From: Nitrosopumilus sp. | GTDB lineage: Archaea; Thermoproteota; Nitrososphaeria; Nitrososphaerales; Nitrosopumilaceae | Reading direction: 5' to 3' | NCBI GenBank assembly: GCA_965205675.1 | Contig: OZ242186.1 | Span: 1,664,001-1,728,000 of the forward strand | DNA: 64,000 nucleotides | Part shown: in pieces, positions 51,664 through 62,237 of the stretch | Layout: the number at the start of each line of letters is the position of its first letter | Position numbering within the stretch: the first letter of the stretch is position 1 | Notes under the pieces: generated by a model | Told to the model about the DNA's origin: nothing | Seen by the model: the letters and a program-made list of their open reading frames with translations, nothing else | Database searches by the model: none | Translations under genes and position numbers: made by a program

Positions 51664-54600
51664 CTAGATTTTCTCCTTGATTAACAATCTTGGGGCAACG
51701 TTAAGACTTTGCATTTCTTGGAGCAATAGCTTGAATGCATATGCTACAGAGACAGAAGATACTTTAGCTTTGTCACCACAAACTCTACAAACATATTTTC
51801 TTTGTTTAACATCATGATATGCAACTAGACCACATCTTTCACATACAAAAATATCAGATTTGTCAGATTCATCTAACAATCTATCTTTGAGAATCATTGA
51901 AGCACCATAAGCAATTAAACAATCTCTTTCCATCTCACCAAATCTTAGTCCACCACCTCTTGCTCTTCCTTCAGTTGGTTGTTTAGTTAACATCTGAACT
52001 TGTCCACGAGCTCTTGCATGAATTTTATCTGCAACCATATGGTGTAATTTTTGATAGTACACAACTCCAATGAAAACATCTACTGGAAATGATTTTCCAG
52101 TTCTTCCATCATACATTGTTTCCTTACCAGAATATTCAAAACCATGTGCGTCCATTACTTCTTTAACTTCATCCATTTTTTCTCCAACAAATGCTGAACC
52201 ATCAAATCGTTTTCCACGTAATGCAGCTGCCTTACCACAGATAGATTCCATCATCATTCCAACAGTCATTCTTGAAGGAAATGCATGAGGATTAATCAAA
52301 ACGTCAGGAGACATACCGTTTGTAGTGTATGGTAAATCTTCTGCTTTAGCTAAAATTCCAAGCACTCCTTTTTGTCCATGTCTTGATGCAAATTTATCAC
52401 CAATTTCAGGAATTCTCATATCTCTTGCTCTAATTTTATACATTTTTCCTCCTTCATTGGATTGAGTCATAACTATAGTATCAATAACTCCGATTTCAGA
52501 TGGTCTTACCCCAATTGAAGTATCTCGTCTGTACGGACCAGAAGATTCGAATTCTCTATACTCTTCCATAAATCTTGGAGGACTAGTTTTTCCAATCAGA
52601 ATATCTCCACCTTTAACGGGAGCTTCAGATGCAACTACGCCATCATCTTCAAGTAATCTGTATGCACGTTCTCCTTTATAGCCTCTAATGTTAGCTTCAG
52701 CGTTAGGAATTTCAAAGTTATCACGCATTCCACCAGGATATTGCTTTGCTTCAGCATCATAAATTCTAAAGAAGAATGTTCTACCAAGACCCCTATCAAC
52801 AGATGCTTTACTTAACACAATAGCATCTTCAATATTGTAACCATCAAAAGGCAATACTGCAACAACACAGTTTTGTCCTGCAGGCCTATCTTCTAATCCT
52901 AAAAGCTTCATTGCTTTTGTATTAACAATTGGGACTTGGGGATATAGCATAAAGTGTTGTCTAACATAAGTACTGGTATTCATCATAGGTGTAGAAAATC
53001 CTAAACTTTGTTTTGCCATAGCAGATTCGTATGTGTTTCTTGGGGATTGATTATGTTCAGGATATGGAATGATGGAAGCTCCCGCACCTAAAATTGCCGG
53101 TGGGAAAACTTCCAAGTGAGTATGTTTTTTTGAGTCTTTTTCATCTAAAGTGACATAACAGTTTTCTTCTTCGTTTGCATCAATCATTTCTAATACACCC
53201 ATTCTCAAAAGATCAGTCCAAGAAAGTAATTTCTTTGAAATTTTATCCAATAATTCTGAAGTTAATAGTGGTTTGTTATCCTTGATAATAATTAATGGAC
53301 GTAATACTCTACCAGCATTACAATTTACATACAGTCTTCGTGTTGAACCCTCGATTTCAGATTTATGAAACGATACACCAACATGAGGGTGAATCTTTGA
53401 ATTTCTTCTTAATTCTCGAAGAGATTGCGCCAACTCCCCACCATCTTTGTAATATCCAATTAGTCTACCATCTACAAATATTCTAGCCCCATCTTTTTTC
53501 AAGTCTTCTTTTGCGTCAAAGAAATGAACAGTTCCAAGATCATATAGTTTTTCTACAATTTCTTCAGATGTAACATTTACTGAAATGATTCCAGACAGTG
53601 CCAAGTTTTTAACCAAACCACAGTTTGAACCTTCAGGAGTTTCACTTGGACAAATTCTTCCGAAATGAGTTGCATGCAAGTCTCTTGCTTCAAAGTTTGG
53701 TTGAGTCCTACTAAGTGGAGATTGAATTCTTCTAAGGTGACTTATAGTTGAAAGATAGTTAGTTCTATCAAGTAATTGAGTAACACCTACACGTCCTCGT
53801 CCCCAGTTACCAGTTGCAATAGCATTGTTTAATTTGTCAGTGATAATTCCTGGACGAATTGCTGCAGCAACTGCATTAATTCCACGTTTTTGGCCAGAAC
53901 GTTCTAATTGATATTTCATATCTCTAACCAAATTTCTAAATGCAGTTCTGAAAAGATCTGCCAACATTTGTCCTGCAAATTTGATTACTTTATTTCCATA
54001 ATGATCTTTATCGTCAGGAGCAATCCAATTGAGTTTTAATTCTAATAATTTACAAGCTGCTTCACCCAAGAATTGTGCTTTTTCTTTTCGGTTTTCAGGA
54101 TGTTTACCTAAATGAGGTAAAAGTCCCCAATCAAGTAGTGTTTCAGCACGTTTAATCTGGAATTCTTCTAGCATTCCAGGTGCGATTCTTTTACTGATGT
54201 AGACAATTGCATCTTTTGACGTTGGTACATCACCTGCTTTTTCAAAAGAACCTTCCAATTCATCTTGTATTTCATCAACTAATGAAACTACAGATGCAAT
54301 TTCTCTATCAGATTCTAATCCAAGAGCTCGCATTAAAGTTACAACAGGAATATCAACAGGAGAGCCAGGAATTCTAGCAACAATTAATCCATCATTTTTC
54401 ATGACAAGTTCAAGTTTTGCACGATATCCTACAATTGAAGAATATACTTTGGCTTTGAAAACAATATTTCCACCAACAGTTTCTCTATCAACAATAATCT
54501 TGTTGTAAGAAAGATCTTCCAATCCAACGATAACTCGTTCTGAACCGTTGATGATAAAGTAGCCACCAGGATCATTTGGATCTTCTCCATGTTCAATTAA

Positions 54601-55011
54601 TTTTTGAGAAGAGAAGTTATGTAAAATACACGCATTGGATTTTGCCATTACAGGTACATCTCCAATATGAACAAATCTAGATTCTAAAATTTTTCCATCC
54701 TCTACAACACTAGCTTCCATCATAACAGGTGCAGAGTAAGAAACATTTCTTAATCTTGCTTCAGCGGGAGTAATATGTGTGATTGAACCATCAAGTTCCA
54801 TCATTCTTGGTTGTTGGAGTTTTACTTTGCTTAATTGAATTTTATAAGGATATTCAGCGTTTTCAATATCAATTTGTCCAACTTCATTAATGATACTTTG
54901 TAATCCTCTTTCTAGAAATTCATCAAAAGAGTTAAGATGTTGACGTGCAATACCCTCACGTTTCAAAATATCTTGGATGACAGGCCATCTTTTAGTTGAA
55001 GGATCCACCAT
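51664..55011 (-). CDS. rpoB: RNA polymerase subunit B
   Basis: GDKFASRHGQKG and GLRFGEMERD. Confidence 0.97.
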   Translation of the reverse strand: MVDPSTKRWPVIQDILKREGIARQHLNSFDEFLERGLQSIINEVGQIDIENAEYPYKIQLSKVKLQQPRMMELDGSITHITPAEARLRNVSYSAPVMMEASVVEDGKILESRFVHIGDVPVMAKSNACILHNFSSQKLIEHGEDPNDPGGYFIINGSERVIVGLEDLSYNKIIVDRETVGGNIVFKAKVYSSIVGYRAKLELVMKNDGLIVARIPGSPVDIPVVTLMRALGLESDREIASVVSLVDEIQDELEGSFEKAGDVPTSKDAIVYISKRIAPGMLEEFQIKRAETLLDWGLLPHLGKHPENRKEKAQFLGEAACKLLELKLNWIAPDDKDHYGNKVIKFAGQMLADLFRTAFRNLVRDMKYQLERSGQKRGINAVAAAIRPGIITDKLNNAIATGNWGRGRVGVTQLLDRTNYLSTISHLRRIQSPLSRTQPNFEARDLHATHFGRICPSETPEGSNCGLVKNLALSGIISVNVTSEEIVEKLYDLGTVHFFDAKEDLKKDGARIFVDGRLIGYYKDGGELAQSLRELRRNSKIHPHVGVSFHKSEIEGSTRRLYVNCNAGRVLRPLIIIKDNKPLLTSELLDKISKKLLSWTDLLRMGVLEMIDANEEENCYVTLDEKDSKKHTHLEVFPPAILGAGASIIPYPEHNQSPRNTYESAMAKQSLGFSTPMMNTSTYVRQHFMLYPQVPIVNTKAMKLLGLEDRPAGQNCVVAVLPFDGYNIEDAIVLSKASVDRGLGRTFFFRIYDAEAKQYPGGMRDNFEIPNAEANIRGYKGERAYRLLEDDGVVASEAPVKGGDILIGKTSPPRFMEEYREFESSGPYRRDTSIGVRPSEIGVIDTIVMTQSNEGGKMYKIRARDMRIPEIGDKFASRHGQKGVLGILAKAEDLPYTTNGMSPDVLINPHAFPSRMTVGMMMESICGKAAALRGKRFDGSAFVGEKMDEVKEVMDAHGFEYSGKETMYDGRTGKSFPVDVFIGVVYYQKLHHMVADKIHARARGQVQMLTKQPTEGRARGGGLRFGEMERDCLIAYGASMILKDRLLDESDKSDIFVCERCGLVAYHDVKQRKYVCRVCGDKAKVSSVSVAYAFKLLLQEMQSLNVAPRLLIKEKI

Positions 55012-55263
55012 TTAGATTTCCACCACATATCGGTAATAGAGACTTTCACCAGCAGTTGGACTTTTTCGGGTTATCTTGATCATGTCACCAGGTTTTACAC
55101 CAAGTCCCAAAATTGCAGGATCGTTTACAAAGATTAATGGTAATTCAGTAGGTTTACAATTGTATTTTTTTAGAACTCCTTCAGCTTCTTGTTTTGTGAT
55201 GATTTCATGTTTTGGAACATAAACATGATCAGGTACTAAAACTTGGTTTTTCTTAGTTGCCAT
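55012..55263 (-). CDS. rpoH: RNA polymerase subunit H
   Basis: HVYVPKHE, LP.I..DP and RKSPTAG..YYR.V. Confidence 0.95.
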   Translation of the reverse strand: MATKKNQVLVPDHVYVPKHEIITKQEAEGVLKKYNCKPTELPLIFVNDPAILGLGVKPGDMIKITRKSPTAGESLYYRYVVEI

Positions 55264-55442
55264 TTAGAATACCCCCACATCGAACATTAAATGTAGCACT
55301 AATGAAAATAAACAAACTGTCAAAAATTCACACTCGGGTTAATATATATGTAATTTGAAGTTTGATGAGAGCCTGTCTTTTTTCTATTTTGTCAACAAAT
55401 TTTTTCACAACCTTAAATAGTATAAATTTAGGCGTAAAAATA

Positions 55443-56294
55443 ATGAAAGCTCATCTAACGGTGTTTGCCTTATCTGCAATTATGATTGCAAGTATTGGTA
55501 TGGCACCAGTGTTTGGACAAGCAATACAAAGCTCGATTACTGTTGCTACAGACAAATCTTCGTATTCAGAAGGTGAAACAATTCTAGTAACAGGTGAAGT
55601 GAAAGATCTGTATTCTGGAACCCCAGTAAGTGTAATTGTCAAAGCTCCTAATGGAAACTTGGTATCAATTGCACAAATTACAATAGGTGCCGATAAAAAA
55701 TTCAGTACCGAGGTAGTAGCTGGAGGATCATTAATGAGAACAGAAGGATCATACATAGTTACCGTTCAATATGGTACAGAAAATCGTTCAGCAACTACAA
55801 CATTTGACTTTGGAGGATCTACAATGATAGATAAACCAATAGATGTAGATGGTTCAACGATAACTGACAAAACAGTTCTGATTACAGGTGCTGATGATGT
55901 GATAGGATATGAAATTACAGGAGGGAAACTACTCAGCATTACACCTGATGTGGATGAAAAATCACTTGTAATCAGCATTGATGCCATAGAAGACGGAACA
56001 TTGACACTCACAATACCAAGAACAGTATTTGATTCAGTAGATGAAAATGGGGATGATGTTGAAGCGTTCGTCTTAATTGATGCAGAAGAAGCATACGATT
56101 ATGATGAAGTAACAACATCAGAGGATAGAACACTCACCATAGAATTCCCAGCAGGTGCTGAAGAGATTGAAGTGATTGGTACATTTGTGATTCCAGAATT
56201 TGGTACAATCGCAGCTATGATTTTAGCAGTAGCAATTATCTCAATAATTGCAATTTCTGCAAAGTCAAGACTTAGTATTATACCAAGATACTAA
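55443..56294 (+). CDS. PEFG-CTERM surface protein 1 (start taken at MKAHL)
   Basis: Signal peptide; C-terminal IPEFG + TM helix + basic tail. Confidence 0.9.
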   Translation: MKAHLTVFALSAIMIASIGMAPVFGQAIQSSITVATDKSSYSEGETILVTGEVKDLYSGTPVSVIVKAPNGNLVSIAQITIGADKKFSTEVVAGGSLMRTEGSYIVTVQYGTENRSATTTFDFGGSTMIDKPIDVDGSTITDKTVLITGADDVIGYEITGGKLLSITPDVDEKSLVISIDAIEDGTLTLTIPRTVFDSVDENGDDVEAFVLIDAEEAYDYDEVTTSEDRTLTIEFPAGAEEIEVIGTFVIPEFGTIAAMILAVAIISIIAISAKSRLSIIPRY

Positions 56295-56439
56295 ATTTCA
56301 TCTTTTTTCTATTTTTTGTTCTTTCCAAAAAATACTTTAGAGTATCTTCAACCATACACTCAAATATATTCCAGAATTTTTCTAGCTTGCCATTTGTTTG
56401 AAAGTGTCGTATTCTGATCTAGGAATGCTTTACATGATT

Positions 56440-57132
56440 TATCCATGTGAATTGTTTTTATACATTTTCTCTATTTCTAAACATTAGGGCATAGCTTTCG
56501 CTAAAGAAGAATTACAATCAAAAGATGCGGACATGTATCCATACGAGACTATTCTCTCAATGCTATCTTCATCCTAGTTAGGATTATTCGCAGTTATCAG
56601 ACGAGGCTTGTCCCTCATAAATTCTAACGCGACTTGCAGTCCTAACTATAATGTTCCACAAATTCTCCCCTCTCCTTTAACATCCAATAAATCCCCCTCA
56701 GAATTTTTGATGCGCCAGCTACTGCAGCTTTGGATGAACCTCTTTTCTTTTTAATGCTATTGTAAAATTTTGTAATGCCGCTATGGCAGTATAACAAAAC
56801 GAGGAAGCATGACACTGCGATGGGTTCTAACAGAATGTGTTCACACCCATGCAATACATGCCAAGAATGGTGTATTATATCTGCAGAATTTCTAACGGAT
56901 GGAACAACACCTGCATATGCACATAATTTGTGGGAATCGTTGAATCTTTCAATATCTGCAATTTCTGATGCAATAACAAGCGAAGAATAATGCCCAATTC
57001 CTAGAATCGAGTTTATTAAAATTGCATCTGGGTTGCACTTTACAGTAGCATACACTTTGGAATTAATCTCTGCAATTTGCAGATTAAGATGGTTAATCTG
57101 TTGTAGAAATCCGTCTATTCTGTAATCTCCTA
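56440..57132 (-). mobile_element. truncated IS110 element 3 (close relative of element 1) retaining its 3' non-coding/bridge-RNA end (56440..56650)
   Basis: High nucleotide similarity to 869..1562; internal 82-bp inversion. Confidence 0.85.
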
Positions 57133-57460
57133 ATTACAATAGATATCGGTAAATCGTTTTGTTCTACTGCAACATGAATTTTTGTGCCTGTAATCTTTTT
57201 GAAACCATCTCTTCTTATATCGTTATTGTGATTTTTCTAGGTGTTTTGTATTGCAAGTAGATTTGCTGTACTCTTCTAGGCGTTATCTTAAGAATATCCG
57301 AAATGCCTGAATTCTTGATTTTCTCATTCTTTTAATTTTATAATCGCGCTGATCCTATCTTTATCTAACTTTGCCATCGACATTCCATGATATACCTACA
57401 CAGACGATAATATGGCCATAATGCTCTCCTAGTTAAGGGAGGAAATAATTTCTGGGAAAG
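57133..57460 (-). pseudogene. IS debris: IS5-type DDE fragment (~57134..57210) and IS481-like N-terminal HTH/left end (~57211..57460)
   Basis: DGFKKITGTKIHVAVEQNDLPISI; MAKLDKD...ILKITPRRVQQIY. Confidence 0.55.
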
Positions 57461-57517
57461 ATACTTTTTTCTATTTTTAAATATACATAAATAGCGATAC
57501 AACTGGGTGAAATTAGG

Positions 57518-58381
57518 ATGAATTTTAAACGTTCTACAACATCAATAACAATAGCCCTCATGGCACTGTCATTAATTTCAATGACTTCAATTCAACAAGA
57601 CGCTTTTGCTCAAACTCTTGGAATGTCCATTACTGCAACAGCTGATAAAGGATCAGATACAATTACTATCATAGGTAAAACAATTTCTGACATTACAGAT
57701 GTTACATTTACCGTAACATCCCCAAGCGGAAATAATGTAGTAGATCTTGGTCAAATATCACCAGACGAAAATGGAGATTTTGTAAAAGAATTCAAAGTAG
57801 GACCAACATGGAATGAAAATGGATTTTATGAGATTAAAGCAATGCAAGGTACGGGTGCAAATTCACTATATACACTAGAAGTTCTTGTTGAAGTAGCAAA
57901 CGGTATGACTGAAAGAACTTCTGCAACTGAATCTAATTTAGATACAGGAATTTTCACACCAAATGAAAACAATGTTGCAACAGATGCAGGACTTATGCTT
58001 GACGCAATAAGTTTCGAGAAAGGTTCCTCAATGTTTGAAATAACTGGAATGACAGACAGAGTAAGTCAAGATATCACATTAACTTTAACTGCACCAAATG
58101 GAAATGTAGTAAACGTTGATCAAATATCACCAATGCTTGATGGGGAATTTGCTGCCGAGATTATAGTCGGAGGACCATTGTGTAAACAAGATGGTTTTTA
58201 CACTGTAACTGTACAACAATTTAACGATCCAAAATATACTGCTACAGATAAAGTAGATATTTTAGATTGTAAAGTAGTACCAGAATTTGGTACAATCGCA
58301 GCTATGATTTTAGCAGTAGCAATTATCTCAATAATTGCAATTTCTGCAAAGTCAAGACTAAGTATTATACCAAGATACTAA
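57518..58381 (+). CDS. PEFG-CTERM surface protein 2 (two repeated Ig-like domains)
   Basis: Signal peptide, duplicated T.T.P.GN.V...QISP..DG.F motif, PEFG tail. Confidence 0.9.
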   Translation: MNFKRSTTSITIALMALSLISMTSIQQDAFAQTLGMSITATADKGSDTITIIGKTISDITDVTFTVTSPSGNNVVDLGQISPDENGDFVKEFKVGPTWNENGFYEIKAMQGTGANSLYTLEVLVEVANGMTERTSATESNLDTGIFTPNENNVATDAGLMLDAISFEKGSSMFEITGMTDRVSQDITLTLTAPNGNVVNVDQISPMLDGEFAAEIIVGGPLCKQDGFYTVTVQQFNDPKYTATDKVDILDCKVVPEFGTIAAMILAVAIISIIAISAKSRLSIIPRY

Positions 58382-58443
58382 GTTCACAATTTTTTTCTCT
58401 TTTTAAGTATACATAAATAGAGACAGGTACAAATCGCAACAAG

Positions 58444-59373
58444 ATGAACAACCATACGACGTTCGCGTTACTAGCCTTATTGACTGCAGTCGGCACTTTA
58501 ACCATATCATCAGCATATGCTGAACACCACGAAGGTGGTGAACATATGGAAGATCATTCAGATATTCCACAAGCATGTGTAGGATGTTCCGTGGAGGATG
58601 CAAGGACAACAGCAAATCAAATGTTGCTTGATGATACTCCAATATCTGTTTGGACAGAAAAAACAGATTATGGTCATAATGACAGGATTATGGTAGAGGG
58701 ACAAGTAGCAAATATGGCTTCCGGATTTCCAGTTACAGTAACTGTTGTTAGTCCACTAAACTCCATTATTGCAGTTGATCAAATCAACGTAGCAGAAGAT
58801 GGTAGTTTTAAGACGACAATAAACACAGCAGGTGCAATGTGGAAATACGACGGTACCTACACCATTAAAGTAAACTATGGCAGTGTTGAGAAAAGCAACT
58901 CTATACAAGTTGAACTAACAGGTGGAGTTGAACCAAGTCCAATATACTCAACACCAGAAAACAACAAACAATGTGGTGCTGGAGAACTATCTACAAGTGA
59001 TCAATGTATACCATTTAGCATTACTGGTGGAATGGTAACAGGTACAACTCTCAATCCAGGCGATAACGGTTCAATTATCATCAGTATTTATGCTGAAGAT
59101 GATGGGACATTAACAGTAACTCCATCAGAAACGACTATGGAAAAACCTTTCATGGTATTGATTGACAGAGAAGAATGTAATGAACCAGAATGTGAATTTG
59201 CTGGAAACAAAGTAACAGTAATGTTCCAAGCAGGCACTGAACAGATTGAAATAATTGGTGTCCATGTGATTCCAGAATTTGGTACAATCGCAGCTATGAT
59301 TTTAGCAGTAGCAATTATCTCAATAATTGCAATTTCTGCAAAGTCAAGACTTAGTATTATACCAAGATACTAA
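58444..59373 (+). CDS. PEFG-CTERM surface protein 3 (His-rich N-terminus, CxxC)
   Basis: Signal peptide, EHHEGGEHMEDH, ACVGC and PEFG tail. Confidence 0.9.
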   Translation: MNNHTTFALLALLTAVGTLTISSAYAEHHEGGEHMEDHSDIPQACVGCSVEDARTTANQMLLDDTPISVWTEKTDYGHNDRIMVEGQVANMASGFPVTVTVVSPLNSIIAVDQINVAEDGSFKTTINTAGAMWKYDGTYTIKVNYGSVEKSNSIQVELTGGVEPSPIYSTPENNKQCGAGELSTSDQCIPFSITGGMVTGTTLNPGDNGSIIISIYAEDDGTLTVTPSETTMEKPFMVLIDREECNEPECEFAGNKVTVMFQAGTEQIEIIGVHVIPEFGTIAAMILAVAIISIIAISAKSRLSIIPRY

Positions 59374-59445
59374 AATCACACAACTTTTTTCATTTTTTCA
59401 CTTTTTGATAGTAAAGGAGATATACAAACGCGTGTTTAAGATGAT

Positions 59446-60255
59446 GTGAATTCAGGAATATTTTTTGGTTTGATGATATTATTTGTGATTTTTACAGGAT
59501 CAGCTTTTGCGCAACAATCACTAATTAAAGTTCAAACAGATGATGATCATTATGACGAAGGAGATACTATAGTAATTTCAGGCACAGTAGACACCATAAT
59601 AGGTGAAACACCTGCAACATTACAATTACTGTTTAAAGAAGAATACCTAGTAGATATTGCCCAAATTGTAATAGCACAAGATGGGAGTTATTCTCACACA
59701 ATAATTGCAGAAGGTCCACTGTGGCAAAAATATGGGAAATATTTAGTTCGAGCATCATACGGGGAAGGAAACATTGCAGAAGCCACATTCAATTATACAC
59801 CTAAATCAGAAATAGCCATAACTACGAAAAATTTTGAAGTGGATGCAGAAAATCAGGGAACATTTGATGTAGAATACACAATTCAAGGAGGAATAGTCAA
59901 AGATATGGCAGTGGATTCAGAAATCTTTGCGTTAGTAATTCAAATCGAATCAACAGATAAAGAAGGGGAAATAACAGTTGATCTTCCAAGAGAGTTCATA
60001 GGAGCAGAAAAACAAGACGGTAAAGATGAGATATTTATCGTTTTAGTAGACGGAATAGGAAGAGATTATGAAGAAGCAGTAGTGTTGGCAGATAGTAGAG
60101 TTATAACAATTAACTTTGAACAAGGAGATTCAAATATTAAAATTATCGGAACTTATATCATTCCAGAATTTGGGACTATTGTTATGATGATTTTAATTAT
60201 AGGAATAATGACAATGATTGTGATTACAAGAAATAAATTTCAAATAACAATTTAG
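59446..60255 (+). CDS. PEFG-CTERM surface protein 4 (divergent tail)
   Basis: Signal peptide; IPEFGTIVMMIL TM tail. Confidence 0.88.
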   Translation: MNSGIFFGLMILFVIFTGSAFAQQSLIKVQTDDDHYDEGDTIVISGTVDTIIGETPATLQLLFKEEYLVDIAQIVIAQDGSYSHTIIAEGPLWQKYGKYLVRASYGEGNIAEATFNYTPKSEIAITTKNFEVDAENQGTFDVEYTIQGGIVKDMAVDSEIFALVIQIESTDKEGEITVDLPREFIGAEKQDGKDEIFIVLVDGIGRDYEEAVVLADSRVITINFEQGDSNIKIIGTYIIPEFGTIVMMILIIGIMTMIVITRNKFQITI

Positions 60256-60264
60256 ATACAAAAT

Positions 60265-61422
60265 TTAAAAAGAGTATTTTTCTTTAAACGGTGAAAACGA
60301 TCTTAATTCAGCAACAATCTTTTTTAATGAATCAACAGTTCGTTTAATTTCTTTTTCATCATTAAAGACTCCCAAAGTTAATCTCAAAGAACCTGTGATT
60401 TGTTCATGTGAGAATCCCATAGCCTGTAATACATGAGATGCTCTTTGAGTATTAACAGAGCATGCAGAGCCTGTGGAAGCAGCAATTCCATATTCATCAA
60501 GTTTAATGATAAGATCTTCTCCATTAACACCTAAAAATGTGAAATGTGCATTATTTGGCAATCTAGATGTAGGATCTCCATTTAATGTAACTTTAGGAAT
60601 TTCGTTTAATACTTGTTCAATTAGAATGTCTCGTAATTTTTTTACATATGTCATATTTTCAATAAGATTGTTTTTTGCCATTTCACATGCCTTTCCAAAT
60701 CCAACAATATTTGCAACATTTTCAGTTCCAGAACGTAATCCTTGTTCTTGACCACCACCCAAAATTACAGGATCAATTTTGATACCATTTTTGATGTATA
60801 ATGCACCAATCCCCTTAGGACCATGAAGTTTATGAGATGAAATAGACAATAGATCTATGCCTAATTCTTTGACATCTATAGGAATTTTACCAACAGCCTG
60901 GACAGCATCAGTGTGAAATGGAATACAACATTCATGGCAAATCTTGCTTATTTCTGAAATCTGCTGAATAGTACCTACTTCATTATTTCCAAACATAATA
61001 GATACAAGACAAGTATTATCAGAGATATGATTTTTTAGTTGAGTTGAATCAATCATGCCAACAGAATTAACAGGTAAATAATCAACAGATGAACCATTCC
61101 GACTTAATTTTTTACATGGTTCTAGAATTGCATCATGTTCAATTGAAGAAGTGACAATATGATTACAAGAATTTTTCATAACAATGCCTTTGAGAGCAGT
61201 ATTGTTTGATTCAGTTCCTCCAGAAGTAATCAAAATTTCAGAAGGATCAGCATTGATTAGAGAAGCAATTTGTTTTCTTGATTTTTCAATTGCTTTACGT
61301 GCCAATCTACCATATCTATGAATTGATGATGCATTGCCATATTGCTCTTTTAGATAAGGCAACATTGAATCTAAAACATCATTATGGATTTGGGTAGATG
61401 CAGCATTGTCCAGATAAATCAA
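60265..61422 (-). CDS. iscS: cysteine desulfurase (IscS/NifS)
   Basis: YLDNAAST, SSHKLHGPKG, RSGTEN and STGSACS. Confidence 0.93.
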   Translation of the reverse strand: MIYLDNAASTQIHNDVLDSMLPYLKEQYGNASSIHRYGRLARKAIEKSRKQIASLINADPSEILITSGGTESNNTALKGIVMKNSCNHIVTSSIEHDAILEPCKKLSRNGSSVDYLPVNSVGMIDSTQLKNHISDNTCLVSIMFGNNEVGTIQQISEISKICHECCIPFHTDAVQAVGKIPIDVKELGIDLLSISSHKLHGPKGIGALYIKNGIKIDPVILGGGQEQGLRSGTENVANIVGFGKACEMAKNNLIENMTYVKKLRDILIEQVLNEIPKVTLNGDPTSRLPNNAHFTFLGVNGEDLIIKLDEYGIAASTGSACSVNTQRASHVLQAMGFSHEQITGSLRLTLGVFNDEKEIKRTVDSLKKIVAELRSFSPFKEKYSF

Positions 61423-62237
61423 TCTGCAATCACGTTAATTTTTCCTGGCCTATAACCTTCCTGATCAAGTTCTACAGTAATAAAACCAATCATTTTGAAT
61501 TTTTCTAGAAGTTGATTCAGAATAGTATCATCAAATCTAGAAATCATTTGTTTATCAACTTCAATTTTTGCAGAACCATCAATATCACGAACACGTACTT
61601 GTTTTACATTTGTAAGTTGTTTAACTAATGTTTCACCAAGTTCAATTCGAGTTAATTTTTCAGCAGTGACTTGTTGCCCCCAAGGAATTCTAGATGCTAA
61701 ACAAGAATTGGAAGGTTTGTCAAATACAGACAATCCAATAAATTTGACAATTTTACGAATATCAGATTTTAAGAAATTAGTTTCAACCAGAGGGCTACGT
61801 ATATCATGCTGTTTTAGAGCCTCAATACCAGGCCTATAGTCATCCAAATCATCTAGATTAGTCCCATCAACTATCATGTCTACATTATGTTCTTTTGCCA
61901 ATTTGACTAGATGTTCTCCAAGTTCCATTCTACAATGAAAACATCGATTAGAATCATTTTTTATGAAATCCTCATTTTCAAGCTCATTATAGTCTAAAAA
62001 TAATTGTTTAATTCCAATCTCAGAACAAATCTGTTTAGCAGTAGACAATTCTTCTTCTGAAAGAGTTTTGTAATCAGCAGTTACCGCAATAGCAGAATCA
62101 CCAAGATTCTGAAATGCAGCATAAGCAACAAGTGCACTATCAACACCGCCAGAAAGAGCAATCATCACTTTACGCTTATCATCAAACCAATTTACAAGAC
62201 TATCAAGAGTTGGCATTTTTATTCTCCAATATTTCAA
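61419..62237 (-). CDS. larE: ATP-dependent sulfur transferase LarE
   Basis: SGGVDS PP-loop, RCFHCR, DYRPG and SCLASRIP. Confidence 0.9.
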   Translation of the reverse strand: MKYWRIKMPTLDSLVNWFDDKRKVMIALSGGVDSALVAYAAFQNLGDSAIAVTADYKTLSEEELSTAKQICSEIGIKQLFLDYNELENEDFIKNDSNRCFHCRMELGEHLVKLAKEHNVDMIVDGTNLDDLDDYRPGIEALKQHDIRSPLVETNFLKSDIRKIVKFIGLSVFDKPSNSCLASRIPWGQQVTAEKLTRIELGETLVKQLTNVKQVRVRDIDGSAKIEVDKQMISRFDDTILNQLLEKFKMIGFITVELDQEGYRPGKINVIAD

